Both the position numbers and the translations under genes were made by a program. Below the pieces are notes generated by a model, which saw only the letters and a list, made by a program, of their open reading frames with translations, had not been told where the DNA came from and did no database searches. Of a stretch of DNA of 64,000 nt, positions 1 to 25,500 are shown one piece after another. The stretch comes from Camelus dromedarius (lineage: Eukaryota): assembly GCF_036321535.1 (NCBI RefSeq), contig NC_087454.1, positions 20,088,001 to 20,152,000 of the forward strand, in the 5' to 3' direction. How positions within the stretch are numbered: the first letter of the stretch is position 1; each line of letters starts with the position of its first letter.

Positions 1-495
1 CCCACTCTGACTGCAGTACAGAGAACAGACTTCAGGAGCAGGGGTAGACTCGGGAAGACCAAGTAGGAGGCTGTGGCTATAACCCAGGTGAGAGATAAGG
101 ATGGTTCAGATCAAGGTGAAAGCAGTGGAAGTGGAGAGGTTGGACTCCAGATATTTTCTCAAGATAAGATTTCCTGTCTGACTGAAAGTGGTGAGGGAGA
201 GAAAGAAGGGAGTCCATGAGGTTTCCAGGACTTTTGACTTAATTGGAATTTTTAAACTGTCATCAGCTGAGATGGTGAAGGCTGTGGCTAGAGAAGGTTT
301 TGAAGGGCTGGAGATCAAATGTTCAGTTTTGGACACACTGAATTTGAAATGATCTGTTAGATACCCATGAGGAGATGTCAAGTACATAGCTGCATATTCA
401 CGTCTGGAGTTTAGGAGAGAGGCCTCTGATGAAGATAAACATTTAGTTGTGATTAGCACATAAATGCTATTTCAAGCCATAAGACTGATGCCCTT
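1..495 (-). mobile_element. LINE-2 (L2) fragment, degenerate
   Basis: Typical L2 text (gttcagttttggacacactgaatttgaaatg). Minus ORF 106..459 contains DHFKFSVSKTEHLISSPSKP, resembling the L2 RT C-terminus. Confidence 0.75.
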
Positions 496-861
496 GACAT
501 ACCCAGTCTGGGTAGAAGGTGGGGATCAAGGCTTGACTGAAGTGAGTTTACAAAAGAATAAGAGATGGTGTGTATGGGTAGCTCTTCCAAAAAATTTTGC
601 AGTAGTAGCTGATCAGGGAAAGGGGACAAGAGAAACGTTTTGAAAGTTTGAGAACTCAACCATCTCAAACATCTTAAAGAGCCCCAGGATAAAATTCTTA
701 ACACATTCTTTTAAATTTTTTCCTCTAATGTCCACAATGGACAGGCAGTCCCTTAATTTAGCCACACCAGCCTAGGCATAAGTTCTAAACCCATGCCTCT
801 GCTCATCAGTTCACTGGGCCTGAGATGTGTACCCTTTCTTCAAACTTGGCTAAACATATAT

Positions 862-1410
862 TTTTTAGTTGAACTATAGTCAGTTTACAATGTTGTGTCA
901 ATTTTTGGTGCACAGCATAATAGTTCAGTGATACATACACATACATTTCATATTCTTAATTTAGCTTTTTAAACTTACATAGTTATCAAAGGAATAAAGC
1001 CAATCACAAAATAAGAGTAACATGCAGTAATCCAATCATAAAGGACAGTCAAATGTGCTTACACATATTCAAGATATCAATCACTTAAGTTNNNNNNNNN
1101 NNNNNNNNNNNNNNNNNNNNNNNNNNNNNNNNNNNNNNNNNNNNNNNNNNNNNNNNNNNNNNNNNNNNNNNNNNNNNNNNNNNNNNNNNNNNNNNNNNNN
1201 NNNNNNNNNNNNNNNNNNNNNNNNNNNNNNNNNNNNNNNNNNNNNNNNNNNNNNNNNNNNNNNNNNNNNNNNNNNNNNNNNNNNNNNNNNNNNNNNNNNN
1301 NNNNNNNNNNNNNNNNNNNNNNNNNNNNNNNNNNNNNNNNNNNNNNNNNNNNNNNNNNNNNNNNNNNNNNNNNNNNNTTTCATTGTCTTGGCTATTGTAA
1401 ATAGTGCTGC
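862..1410 (-). mobile_element. L1 3'-end fragments, antisense, partly N-masked
   Basis: tttttagttgaactatagtcagtttacaatgttgtg and cattgtcttggctattgtaaatagtgctgc match reverse-complemented L1 3' UTR text. Confidence 0.6.
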
Positions 1411-1580
1411 TAAACTTGGCTAAATCTTAACTAGTTCTTCATATCAGTTAACCACAGTCACATTTTTCTAGAAGCATTTCTGAACCTGCCCAGGCATGAT
1501 CTGGTTTTTATTCCTTCACTTCTATAACATTCTGTGCATATCTCTGCTGCATCCAAAACACAGCTGTCGACAATGGGTCA

Positions 1581-4500
1581 CTGAAGAAATCAAAGAGGAA
1601 ATATAAAAATAACTGGAGACAAATGAAAATGAAAACACAACACTCTAAAATCTATGGGATGCAGCAAAAGCACTTCTAAGAGGGAAGTTTACAGCGATAC
1701 AAGCCTACCTCAGGAAACAAGAAAAATCTCAAATAAACAAAATAACTTTACACCTAAAGGAATTNNNNNNNNNNNNNNNNNNNNNNNNNNNNNNNNNNNN
1801 NNNNNNNNNNNNNNNNNNNNNNNNNNNNNNNNNNNNNNNNNNNNNNNNNNNNNNNNNNNNNNNNNNNNNNNNNNNNNNNNNNNNNNNNNNNNNNNNNNNN
1901 NNNNNNNNNNNNNNNNNNNNNNNNNNNNNNNNNNNNNNNNNNNNNNNNNNNAGAGACAGTCCAAATCGATAAAATCAGAAATGAAAAAATGAGAAGTTAC
2001 AACCAACATCACAGAAGTACAAAGGATCATAAGAGAGAACAATTATANNNNNNNNNNNNNNNNNNNNNNNNNNNNNNNNNNNNNNNNNNNNNNNNNNNNN
2101 NNNNNNNNNNNNNNNNNNNNNNNNNNNNNNNNNNNNNNNNNNNNNNNNNNNNNNNNNNNNNNNNNNNNNNNNNNNNNNNNNNNNNNNNNNNNNNNNNNNN
2201 NNNNNNNNNNNNNNNNNNNNNNNNNNNNNNNNNNNNNNNNNNNNNNNNNNNNNNNNNNNNNNNNNNNNNAGAAACTATTTCAAAAAAACTGCAGAGAAAG
2301 GAACACTTCTGAATTCATTCTTTGAGGCCAGCATCACCCTGATACCAAAACCAGACAAAGATATCACACACACAGACAAATGAAAATTACAGGAAAATAT
2401 CACTGATGAACAAGCAAAAATCCTCAAAACATATCAGCAAATGGAATGCCACAATACATTAAATACACCATGATCAAGTGGGATTTATCCCAGGGATGCA
2501 AGGATGGTTCAATATATGCAAATCAATCAATGTGATATCCCAGATTAACAAACAGGAATAAAAATGATAAGATCATCTCAGTAGATGCAGAAAAAGCTTG
2601 TGACAAAATTCAACATCCATTTATGATAAAAACTCTCCAGAAAGTTGGTATAGAGGGAACATATCTCACATAATAAAGGCTATATATGACAAGCCCACAA
2701 CTAATATCAGACTCAATAGTGAAAAGCTGAAACATTTCCTCTAAGATCAGGAACAATACAAGGATGCCTACTCTCACCACTTTAATTCAGCATAGTATTG
2801 TTAGTTCTAGGCACAGCAATCAGAAAAGAAAAAGAAATAAAAGGAATCCAAATTCAAAAGGAAGAAGTAAAACTGTTACTGTTTGTAGATGACATGATAC
2901 TACACATAGAAAACCCTAAAGATGCCACCAAGAAACTATCAGAACTCACCATGAATCAGGTAAAGTTGCAGGATACAAAATTAATATACATAAATCTGTT
3001 GCATTTCTATACACTACCAACAAACTATCAGAAAGAGAAACTAAGAAAATAATTTCATTTATAATCACATCAAAAAAGAATAAAATACTTGGGAATAAAT
3101 CTAACTAAGAAGGCAAGAGACCTTTACTCAGAAAACTATAAGACACTGATGAAAGAAACTGAAGACAACACAAACAAATGGAAAGCCATACTGTGCTCAT
3201 GGATTGGAAAGATTAATATTAAAATGACTATGCTATCCAAAGCAATCTACAGATTCAATGCCATCCCTATCAAAATATCAATGGCATTTTTCATAGAACT
3301 AGAACTAATAATTCTAAAATTTGTATGGAAACACAAAGACTCTGAATATTCAAAACAATCTTGAGAAAAAAGAACAAACTGGAGGTATCATGTACCCTGT
3401 TTTCAAACTATACTACAAAGGTACAATAATCAAACAATACAGTACTAGCACACACACACAAAAAACACGAAGACCAATGGAACAGGTTAGAAAGCCCAGA
3501 AATGAACCCACACTTATATGGTCACTTAACCTAGGACAAAGGAGGCAAAAATATACAATGGGGGAAAGATAGCCTCTTCAATTAATGGTGTTAGGAAAAG
3601 TGAACAGCTAGATGCAAAAGAATCAAACTGGACTACTTTCTCACACAATATACAAAAATAACTCAAAATGGACTCAAGACTTAAATGTAAGACCTGAAAC
3701 CATAAAACTCGTAGAAGAAAGCATAAGCAGTATGCTCTTTGACACCAGTCTCAGAAATATTTATTTTTTGATATATCTCTTCAGTCAAGGGAAATAAAAG
3801 CAAAAATAAACAAATGGGACTACAACAAACTATAAAGCTTTTGCACAGAGAAGGAAACTATCAACAAAATAAAAAGCCTGCCTACTGAATGGGATAAGAT
3901 ATTTGCAAATGATATATCCTATAAGAGGTTAACATCCAAAATATACAAAGAACTTATACAATTTAACATCAAAAAAGCAAAAAACAAAAGACAAAAAATT
4001 GAAAAATGGGCAGAGGCCCTAAAGAGACATTTTTTCCAAAGAAGACATACAAATGGCTAACAGGTACAAGAAAAGATGCTCAACATCACTAACCATCAGG
4101 AGTGATTAGTGAAGGGATGATTAGTGATGCAAATCAAAACTACAATGAAATTCACCTCACACTTGTCAGAATGCTATTATCANNNNNNNNNNNNNNNNNN
4201 NNNNNNNNNNNNNNNNNNNNNNNNNNNNNNNNNNNNNNNNNNNNNNNNNNNNNNNNNNNNNNNNNNNNNNNNNNNNNNNNNNNNNNNNNNNNNNNNNNNN
4301 NNNNNNNNNNNNNNNNNNNNNNNNNNNNNNNNNNNNNNNNNNNNNNNNNNNNNNNNNNNNNNNNNNNNNNNNNNNNNNNNNNAAAGATATATGCACTTCT
4401 ATGTTCATTGAAGCATTATTTATAATATATTCCAAGGTATGGAAGCAACCTAAGTGCCCATCAATAGATGAATGGATAAAGAAGATGTGGTATTTATGTA

Positions 4501-5510
4501 CAATGGAATATTACTCAGCCATTAGAAAGAATAAAATCTTGCTATTTGTGTCAACATGGTAGACCTAGAGGGTATTGTGCTAAGTGAAATAAGTCAGACA
4601 CAGAAAGACAAATACTGTATGATTTCACTTATGTGGGCTCTACAAAACAAAACAAATGAACAAATCTAACAAAGCAGAAACTGAGTTATAGATACAGAGA
4701 ACAAACAGGTAGTTGCCGGGGGTAGGAGAGTAGGGGTAGGAGAGAAACAGGCAAGGGAGATTAAGCGATAGAAACTTCCGGTTATAAAATAACTGAGTCA
4801 CAGATACGAAACATATAGTATGGAGAATATAATCAATAATTATGTAATACCTTTGTAAGGTGACAGATGGTACCTAGACTTACGGTGGTGGATCATTTTG
4901 AAATGTATAAAAATATCAAATCACTGTTTGTGTACCAGGAACTAACATAGTATTGTAGGTCAATTATACTTCAAAAACAAGCAAACAAACAAATTCATAG
5001 AGAAAGAGATCAGATTTGTGGTTACCAGAGGCAGGAGGCAGTGGGAAGATGGGGAATTGGATGAAGGTAGTCATAAGGTACAAACTTCCAGTTACAAGAT
5101 AAGTACTAGAGATGTAATGTACAACATGATAAATATAATTAAAACTGATGAAGGTTGTTAAGACAGTAAATCCTTAGTTCTCATCACAAGGAAAAAATAC
5201 ATTTTTTTCTATTTCGTTAAGTTTTAACTATGTGAGATGATAGATGTTCACTAAACATTGTGGTGATCATCTCATGATGTTCCTATACCAAATCATTATG
5301 CTGTTCACCTGAAATTTATATAGTGCTGTATGTCAATCATATTTCAGTAAAACTGGAAGAAAAAATAATAACTTTTCACTACTGGCTTATCAATTGCAAC
5401 AAATGTGCCACACCAATGCACTATGTTAATAATAGGGGAAACTGAGGCAGGGGAAGGAGTTTATGGGAATTCTCTGTACTTCCGCTCATTCGTTCTGTAA
5501 ACTTAAAATC
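1581..5510 (+). mobile_element. LINE-1: truncated, frameshifted ORF2 (RT and C-terminal region) plus 3' UTR
   Basis: ORF pieces GIQIQKEEVKLLLFVDDMILHIENP (degenerate FADD RT motif), [22 protein letters not shown] and KWTQDLNVRPETIKLVEE. Many stops and frameshifts; A-rich + strand. Confidence 0.95.
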
Positions 5511-5815
5511 CCTCTAATAAAAATCTATTATACGCATTTTTATTGGTTAAAAAATAATTGTTGAATGATTTGTTAAACGGGTAGTAGGTCTGATTGGAGC
5601 CGAATAAAAGGAGACTAAATGGGAGACAAAGGAGAAAAATGGTACTGCATTCCGTATTATTAAACCCATTGTGAAGGGAACGCAAACTGCCAAAAATATC
5701 AAATATACAAATATATTCATTAAAATTATAGATTATAAAACTAAATGTCCGTCCTAGTCACTGGTTGCCAATATTTTCTTGAGTATGTTATTCGTAGCCT
5801 ATCTTTGTTCAAATG

Positions 5816-6458
5816 ATTTGCATAATTATGCAAATAAAGACCTACCCACAGAATGCCTACGCTGTGTGGTGCCCACGATGCATTCCCCTGGACCCTTGAA
5901 TTGGCCTGTGTATCCATTTTATTTGCATGACGTGATTTAATAAACTAAGGCCCCGCTCCTCCAGTGCTTTCACCTCTCGCGAAGAAATGCATGACTTGGG
6001 ACTCTTCCCTGGTTACGTTAGCTCCGCCCTCCGGCAACTAATCCCTTCCGCCCCGTCTTCTAGCTCCGTCTCCTCCGCCGGAAACGCCACGGGCCTACCA
6101 TCGTTTCCTTCTACTCTCGGCGTCCCTACGTTTCTCCGCTCTCATCTTTCCACGAACGCACGACGCACGCTCCGCCTCTTTCTCTATTTGTCGTGCAAAT
6201 TCTGCGACCCAACCGCCCGGCGCCGCATTTCCGCCCCCTCTACACGTCTCAACGGCCGACGCCGGGGGCCCGTCTCTTCAGCCAACCGGCGTCCTAGCGC
6301 TTGTAAGTCCCTCCTCTTTATGCAAATAATCCATGTCTGCTTCGCAGGCCTTTTTTTTTTTTAAAATAAGGACAACCCTGGAAGTAAAGAGGAATACGGT
6401 AGAAAGCGCCCCGCCCTTTATGCAAATCAAGGGGCGTGTCTAGGCGCGGAGGGAGGCG
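5816..6458 (+). promoter_or_regulatory. PRRC2A: PRRC2A upstream promoter with octamer (ATGCAAAT) cluster and GC boxes
   Basis: Perfect octamers at 5816-5823(-), 5828-5835(+), 5921-5928(-), 6320-6327(+) and 6420-6427(+). GC box just before 6420. CpG-rich from about 5980. Confidence 0.75.
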
Positions 6459-7100
6459 NNNNNNNNNNNNNNNNNNNNNNNNNNNNNNNNNNNNNNNNNN
6501 NNNNNNNNNNNNNNNNNNNNNNNNNNNNNNNNNNNNNNNNNNNNNNNNNNNNNNNNNNNNNNNNNNNNNNNNNNNNNNNNNNNNNNNNNNCGCCATCCTA
6601 CTCCGGGGAGTCCCTAGGCCCCGGTCCCGGACCCCCGCGCACCCGGCCAGGTGAGTCTGGGCAAGCCGAATGCTAACGCCCTTTTCCGGCGCGGGAGCGG
6701 TGGTGGCAGCGGCGGTGGCGGCGGCGGCGGGCTGGGGGGAGGAGAAGCTGCCATTAGCCGCCGCCATTTTGTCCTCCTGCTGCCGGGCCCTGCCTGCCCC
6801 TCCCCCTCCGATACTCCCACCCGGGGACCCGCACCTCCAGCCCTCCTCTGAGTCCACAGCCTGTCCTTACCTTCCCGCCTTCCTGGCTTCCTGGAGCGAC
6901 CTTCACTCCTGGGCCGCAACTCCCCATTCTCCACTGCGCTCCTGGTTTCTCACCCCTATTTGTGGGCCCCCTTCTCTGCGGCCACTCTGGGGTGGGCCGC
7001 GCCTGACTGTGCTCTCCCAGAATCTTCTTTCCTCCATAGTGGACCCCCTCCCATCACTCAGCGCTAGGGTATCCCCTTGACGCCCCACTTCGCTTCGAGT
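5980..7100. promoter_or_regulatory. PRRC2A: CpG island over PRRC2A TSS, non-coding exon 1 and start of intron 1
   Basis: High CpG density. Exon 1 donor ccggccag|gtgagt at 6650/6651. YY1 motif GCCGCCATTTTG at 6760-6771. GGC-rich tract about 6695-6731. TSS probably inside N-block 6459-6590. Confidence 0.8.
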
Positions 7101-8524
7101 CACTCCCACTCTGAAACCCTGTTTTTATCCTGCATCTGTGCTTTTTGCGTTCCTCGGTCTCCCCTCTGCTTTTTTTCATTTTTCCTATTCTCTATGTCTT
7201 TTCTATCCCACCCCCCCCTTTTTTTCTGGGCCTGTTGACACTGGCCCCCCTTACTGTGATCTACATCCTTTTCCTATAACTCCTGCTTACGTGTATTATT
7301 TTCCACCTGCCTTCATATTAACTCTCTTTTATTAGTCTTAGTCTGTTCACTCCACAATTCTTCTGTCTCCTTTTGCTTCAGAGACTGACCTTAAATACCT
7401 GCAAAGAGACCCCCATCCCCTCATCTAACCTGTCTTAAAGTTCTTGATTTCAGCTTTCATCCTGGTCCTGTCTGGATATCCCACCAACCTCCATCTTTTT
7501 CCTTTACATTATTTTCTATAAATGAATGCCTGGTCGCTCAGGAACTGAGGATGGAGCATTTGGCCTGCTTAAGGAGCAAGGGGCATTAGGGAAAGAAATG
7601 ACTGCTGATAGGCCTTTTTACTGGGAAGGAAAATGAAATTGGTTCTGGCCTTGGCCCCAAGCTTGCAGGGTGTCTATGTTTTTTGTTTCGCTCACATCTC
7701 CAGAAGGTGAACCAGAGCCTGCCAGTGTTTCATCTAATGAAAAAAAATTCTTCCAGGAGGCAGGATAGGGGCAAGTGTAGGAAAAGATAGGTTATCCCAA
7801 ATACTTGGTTCTATAACTTGGGAGTATGTAGAGCCCCAATTGTTCTATGAGGAATTCTCTGGCACCAGCCCCAAGTCTGGCTGAGCAGGCTCATAAAATC
7901 CTTAAACTCCTGGCATACCTTCCTGCAAATCTTCCCAGATGGGAGTGAGGCTGCTGAGAATAGAACCCGGGGCACAGTTAGGAAGCTAGTGTCTAATAAG
8001 TAGGGGATCTAGATATTTGTACCTTACATGATAGAGCTGTATTCCTCTTTCTGGTTTTCTCTGGGGCTTAGACTTGCTCTTTTTTTTATTGTAGGTCTCT
8101 GAAATGATTTTGGTGGAGGGAGAAGAGGTTATTACTTGTGGGGTTAGTGAAGAGGCTGCTGCCCTTTATAGACTGGCACAAAAGGGAGGGTGTTTACACA
8201 AGAAGATACTGAATTTTTATTCGCATTTTCATGGCAAGAGATGTCTGGGGAAAAGAGGGAACATGGCATTTGGGCTCTGTTGGGAGTTAAGTAGATAATG
8301 ATTGCTTAAAGAGACTGGGGTGTTTGATTAGATGGGAGGAAAAGACATGAGAGAGCCACATATCTGGGCCCCTATTGAGAATGGAAGGGAGCATCTAGGC
8401 TTTTCTGTTGGAATCTGTAAATGAAACAGAGACTGAAACACTTGGTGTCTGGNNNNNNNNNNNNNNNNNNNNNNNNNNNNNNNNNNNNNNNNNNNNNNNN
8501 NNNNNNNNNNNNNNNNNNNNNNNN

Positions 8525-21239
<12,715 letters not shown>

Positions 21240-21405
21240 GGGATTTCCCCTTGCCCCCTATCCCCGGGGCTTGTATATAGATTATAAATATATAAGGGGG
21301 AAAAGGGGTGGTGGGTGGAGAAGGGTTGTAGGGCTGGGGCCTTGCTTCCCCTCCTTCCCCCTCCCCTGGTCCCCTATCCCTGGGGCCGTTTGTTAAAAAA
21401 AGAAG

Positions 21406-21420
21406 AATAAAAGGATTAAA
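21406..21420 (+). terminator. PRRC2A: PRRC2A polyadenylation signals
   Basis: AATAAA 21406-21411 and ATTAAA 21415-21420, about 170 nt after the stop. Confidence 0.8.
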
Positions 21421-21519
21421 AAAAGTATTTCCAAAATGATTTTGGGGATGGGTTGGCTGTTTGCAATCTCTTGTCATATAGTCTGATGCCAGGTGATCTG
21501 TAGAGTGGTTTCATTCAGG

Positions 21520-22000
21520 GAATTGCTATTACTTCAGTGATCTCTTGTAACAAACTACCTCAACACTTAAACTGTTTTATTGTATCTTAAAGTTGTGTGG
21601 GCCAGGAATTACATCTGGGCTTCCCTGGGCAAATCTGTTTCTTGTGCCTGTGAGGTTGCTTGGTAACCAGTTTGTAGCTGGGCTATCCTATAGGGCTTTA
21701 CTCACACGTCCGGGGCTGTGGTGGGCCGTCTGGAAGGTAGAATCCATTGGATTGTCAACCAATGTCTCTGTATAAGTTCTCTAGCAAGATAGAGTCACCA
21801 GGCCTTTTATGTCCATGAGCCAGTGTTCCAAGAGGTCTGGGCAAAAGCTGCAAAGCTCATGACCTGGCCTTAGGTTGCCTCTTCTACATTCTGTTTGTCC
21901 AGCATTAAGCTGGCTAAAAGGGGGAGGGGACGGCAACTGCGTCTTAAAAGGAGTAGCAAAGAATTTGCAGCCACATGTCACTTCAGTCCTGTCTACAAAC
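21520..22000 (-). mobile_element. MaLR solo LTR (MLT1-like) between the PRRC2A and BAG6 3' ends
   Basis: tgtaacaaactacctcaacacttaaactgttttattgtatcttaaagttgtgtgggccaggaatt resembles the reverse complement of an MLT1 3' end. Boundaries approximate. Confidence 0.65.
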
Positions 22001-22433
22001 AGGAAGTGCCTTTATAGCTGTCAAAGACTGAAGGTAGACCAGTTCCATCACAGTCAGACTTGGTTCAGTTACACTGGTACTACTGCATGCATCAAGGTAA
22101 GACTTTAGGTCTGCAGCTGCTTGGAAAATGGTTTACTAGATAGCTTGAGAGCCCTATTATAAAATGCGCCCACAGTATGTTTGTTTACATGCAAAAGGCT
22201 TTTGCACAAAAGCGTTCCTTGGAAGTGGCCAACATTGAAACAGGCTTGTACGTTTTCTCGTGCTGCAGTCAAACAATACTGCATATATATGCTCATGGTG
22301 AAATGTTAAATGCTGCCCAATATAGCTGGGTTCCTAGGAATTAATTTAAAAAAACAAGTTCATAGAAGACATAAGGGAATTAGACTACCTAATGAAGACA
22401 ATTCAGAGACAAAAGAGCCAGGAAAATCTGACT

Positions 22434-22439
22434 TTTATT
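22434..22439 (-). terminator. BAG6: BAG6 polyadenylation signal
   Basis: tttatt (AATAAA on -) about 70 nt beyond the stop. Confidence 0.8.
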
Positions 22440-22506
22440 TCTTAAATACTGTGAAGGAAGAGTGGGGAAATGGTCCCCAGATGATGGAGGGCCGTGGAGC
22501 AAAGAG

Positions 22507-25500
22507 CTAGGGATCATCAGCAAAGGCCCTGTGGGCATTAGGGAAGCGCTGGGGGCTGTAGTTAGGATCTTCCTGCAGTCGCTTTTGTATATCAGCCCGG
22601 AGCTGGATAGAGAGCAAAGCAGGTTGGAGAGGTACTGGCCAAACCCCTACAATCCCAGCAACCACACGAAGCCATCCCTCAGAGGCCAACACTTCCCCAA
22701 CAGCCATATACTGTCCAGTAGCCCAACATGGCATCACTGAGCCTCCCCAGATGCTACTAGGGAAAGCATCTTAAAACCATCAAACGGTAGCCCCAGACTG
22801 ACCAGTTCACCTCTGAAGGAATCCAGGGAAGACGGGCCCTAGCCCAACCCCTCCCACTTGACCATCCCTATGCTACTTNNNNNNNNNNNNNNNNNNNNNN
22901 NNNNNNNNNNNNNNNNNNNNNNNNNNNNNNNNNNNNNNNNNNNNNNNNNNNNNNNNNNNNNNNNNNNNNNNNNNNNNNNNNNNNNNNNNNNNNNNNNNNN
23001 NNNNNNNNNNNNNNNNNNNNNNNNNNNNNNNNNNNNNNNNNNNNNNNNNNGGGGTCGGGAGGGAAAAGAGGATCAACGTCAGCTCCAATGCCACCACCCA
23101 GCTCACCCTTTCCATGAGTCAACCACTGAGTCTCCATTCTAGTGGAAAGAAGGGAAATAATCCAAGTGTAGTTTTGACAGCAGAAATGCCTTCCTAATTT
23201 TGTTTGGCTCTGGCCAAAACCAGCATTTGAATTTGCTCACTTGGTCTTCAAAATAAGAGAGGCAGGATGGGTCAGGCCATCCAGCATTCACAGCCAGCTA
23301 GTCACCAGCGGAAGCCCACCTTATGGAAGCTGGGCCCTAGTCACAGGATTAGGCAACTGAGGGATGACAGCACTGCTAACAGACTAATGCAAAGGTGTGA
23401 GGTGACAACCGTGAGCAAGTCTGAGTCCCAGAAAGGTTCTGGTGTCACTTAAATGAGGAGACTAAACTAGAAAGAATTCCTTCCAGCTCTAGTTAGTTTG
23501 ATTCTGAGAAGGGTATTTGGGTAATGGGGACGTCAGGGGAGAGGCAAACCAACCTTGCGTCTCTTGGCAGGCATACCACTGAGGTAGGCGTCACTCAGGG
23601 GGGGCTGTGGCTTCACCTTCCGCTGGCTCTGAATGTCCTGCTGGATAATAGGGACCCATTCCTGGGGGGGGAATGATGATGAGAAATTCCCACAAGTTTC
23701 AGCTGCCTTAGCCCACTAGGTCACCTCCTGACACTCACTGGGGGGACTGCTGCTGCCCAAGGTTCTGTCTCAGCCGAAGCTCCATCCTGTTCGTCTCGGG
23801 AGCCCCCCTCAGGAGCAGGAGGTGGACCTCGGGACATGGCCTCTTCTGCTGTTGTTCCAGGGGCTGGGGACGCATTCTCCCGCTGGGAGTCGGACAGTGG
23901 GAAGATCCAGGCTTCAGAATTCTCAGCCTCCAGCCCTTCCGCCCCAGCCCTCCACACTCCATATTATCTGGCTCCTCAACCTCTCCCTGGTACCTGAGGC
24001 TCAGGGGAAGTTCTCTCTGATCCCTGAACTTCCATTGGCTCCTCAGGAAGTGGCTGTGAAATTAGACAGAGGAGAACACCACAAAGCGCCCTCTCAGATC
24101 TCTCCAGGTCCCTCAGGTCCCCTGACCCCACAGTCCATCAGGTTCCTTACCTGGGGCGGGTCACCAACCCTACGGACGTATCTGAGGATGGCATCAGGGC
24201 CCACAGGCATGTGCTCCAGGACCACCTGAAGTCTCAGTCCCATCATAGTGGTCAGCCAGCTCACCAAGGATGGATTTACTCCACGAGACATGCGACGCTG
24301 AGGGGCAGAAAGCAGACTAGAACACAAAATGCTCAACCAGCTTTTGAAAGATATCAAAGAGTAAAGGAGGACAGTTTGGAGGGAAAAAACTGAGAATTGC
24401 AGGATACCAGAGAATGGAAACCCAAGAAAATGAAAGGCTGGGGATCTGGGGCTCAGTGATGCTTACAATTCGGCCATTGATGACAGCAGCAAGCTCCATC
24501 TGCTGTCCGCCCAAGCAGTGCAGGTTCAGGGCCAGGCATTCAAACAAGCCCTGGTTACACAATTCCAGCAAACGGGCCCCAAATCCACTGTCTGTGGGCA
24601 AGACATAAGGAAGGAACACTGGCACCCGGTAGCTGCTCTGCACATACAACACACCCCCCAACTCATCCTGGCCCAGCCAGCCCCTGACCTGTGCAGTGCA
24701 TCACGTGAGCAGCAATGCTGTTAAACTGCTCTTGGAGAAATTCCAGGTTTGTCCGGATGATGTCCACACCTGGCTGAACTTGCACCAATGACTGAGACAC
24801 AAGACACACAAAGACCCCAAAATCAGAAAGCCCAAGAGACTGGGAGTTGTGGGTGAAGCAGCTGGAATAGCAGCCATCCCACCTGGAGCCAGGAATGGAG
24901 GGGATGGGAGAGGGCTACTCACGAAACTTTCCCGCACGTACTCTTCTAGCCCCGTGATCAACGTGTGGGTGGCCGTCTAGGGGAGAACAGCACAGCTTTA
25001 CAACAAAGCCCCACCCCTCAAGGCACTCCCCACCCCACCACAAGTCTAGGGCTTGGGCTGGAGCAGTCGCAGCTTCAGACAACAGATAAAAAAAGTCAGG
25101 AAGAAGAAAGAGAAGGTGAGAAGGAGGAGAGCTCTGGGCCCAAGGTCTTCATTTACCCGGATGTTACCAGGTGTGGGCTCCTGGCCACCCAAGTAGTGCT
25201 GGTGGAAGAAGGATCGCAGCTGGGGCTGGAGCCGCTGCAGTGGCTGGAAATGCCCGTGGAGAAGCATCACCACATCCACCATGGAAAAGTTCTGGCACAG
25301 AAGAGAGAGCAGGGCCCCAAAGAATCCTAGGGAGAGGTGCAGAAGTCAGCAGCTATCTTGAGCACTTGGCCTACCCACCAGCCCATCAGCCTCATCCCAC
25401 CTTGGCAATATCCCTAAACAAAGGCCATCTACCTTCCCCTGGCTGCCCCTCCCTAGAGAAGGCCAAGGCACCCTCATTTGCTCACCAAGGGCCCCATCAG

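Noticed and set aside
2798-3797. L1 ORF2 pieces as functional protein
   Set aside because: Fragmented by stops and frameshifts; catalytic motif degenerate.
6318-7080. Ala/Gly/Pro-rich ORFs at the PRRC2A promoter
   Set aside because: Produced by GGC-rich repeats and N-run read-through.
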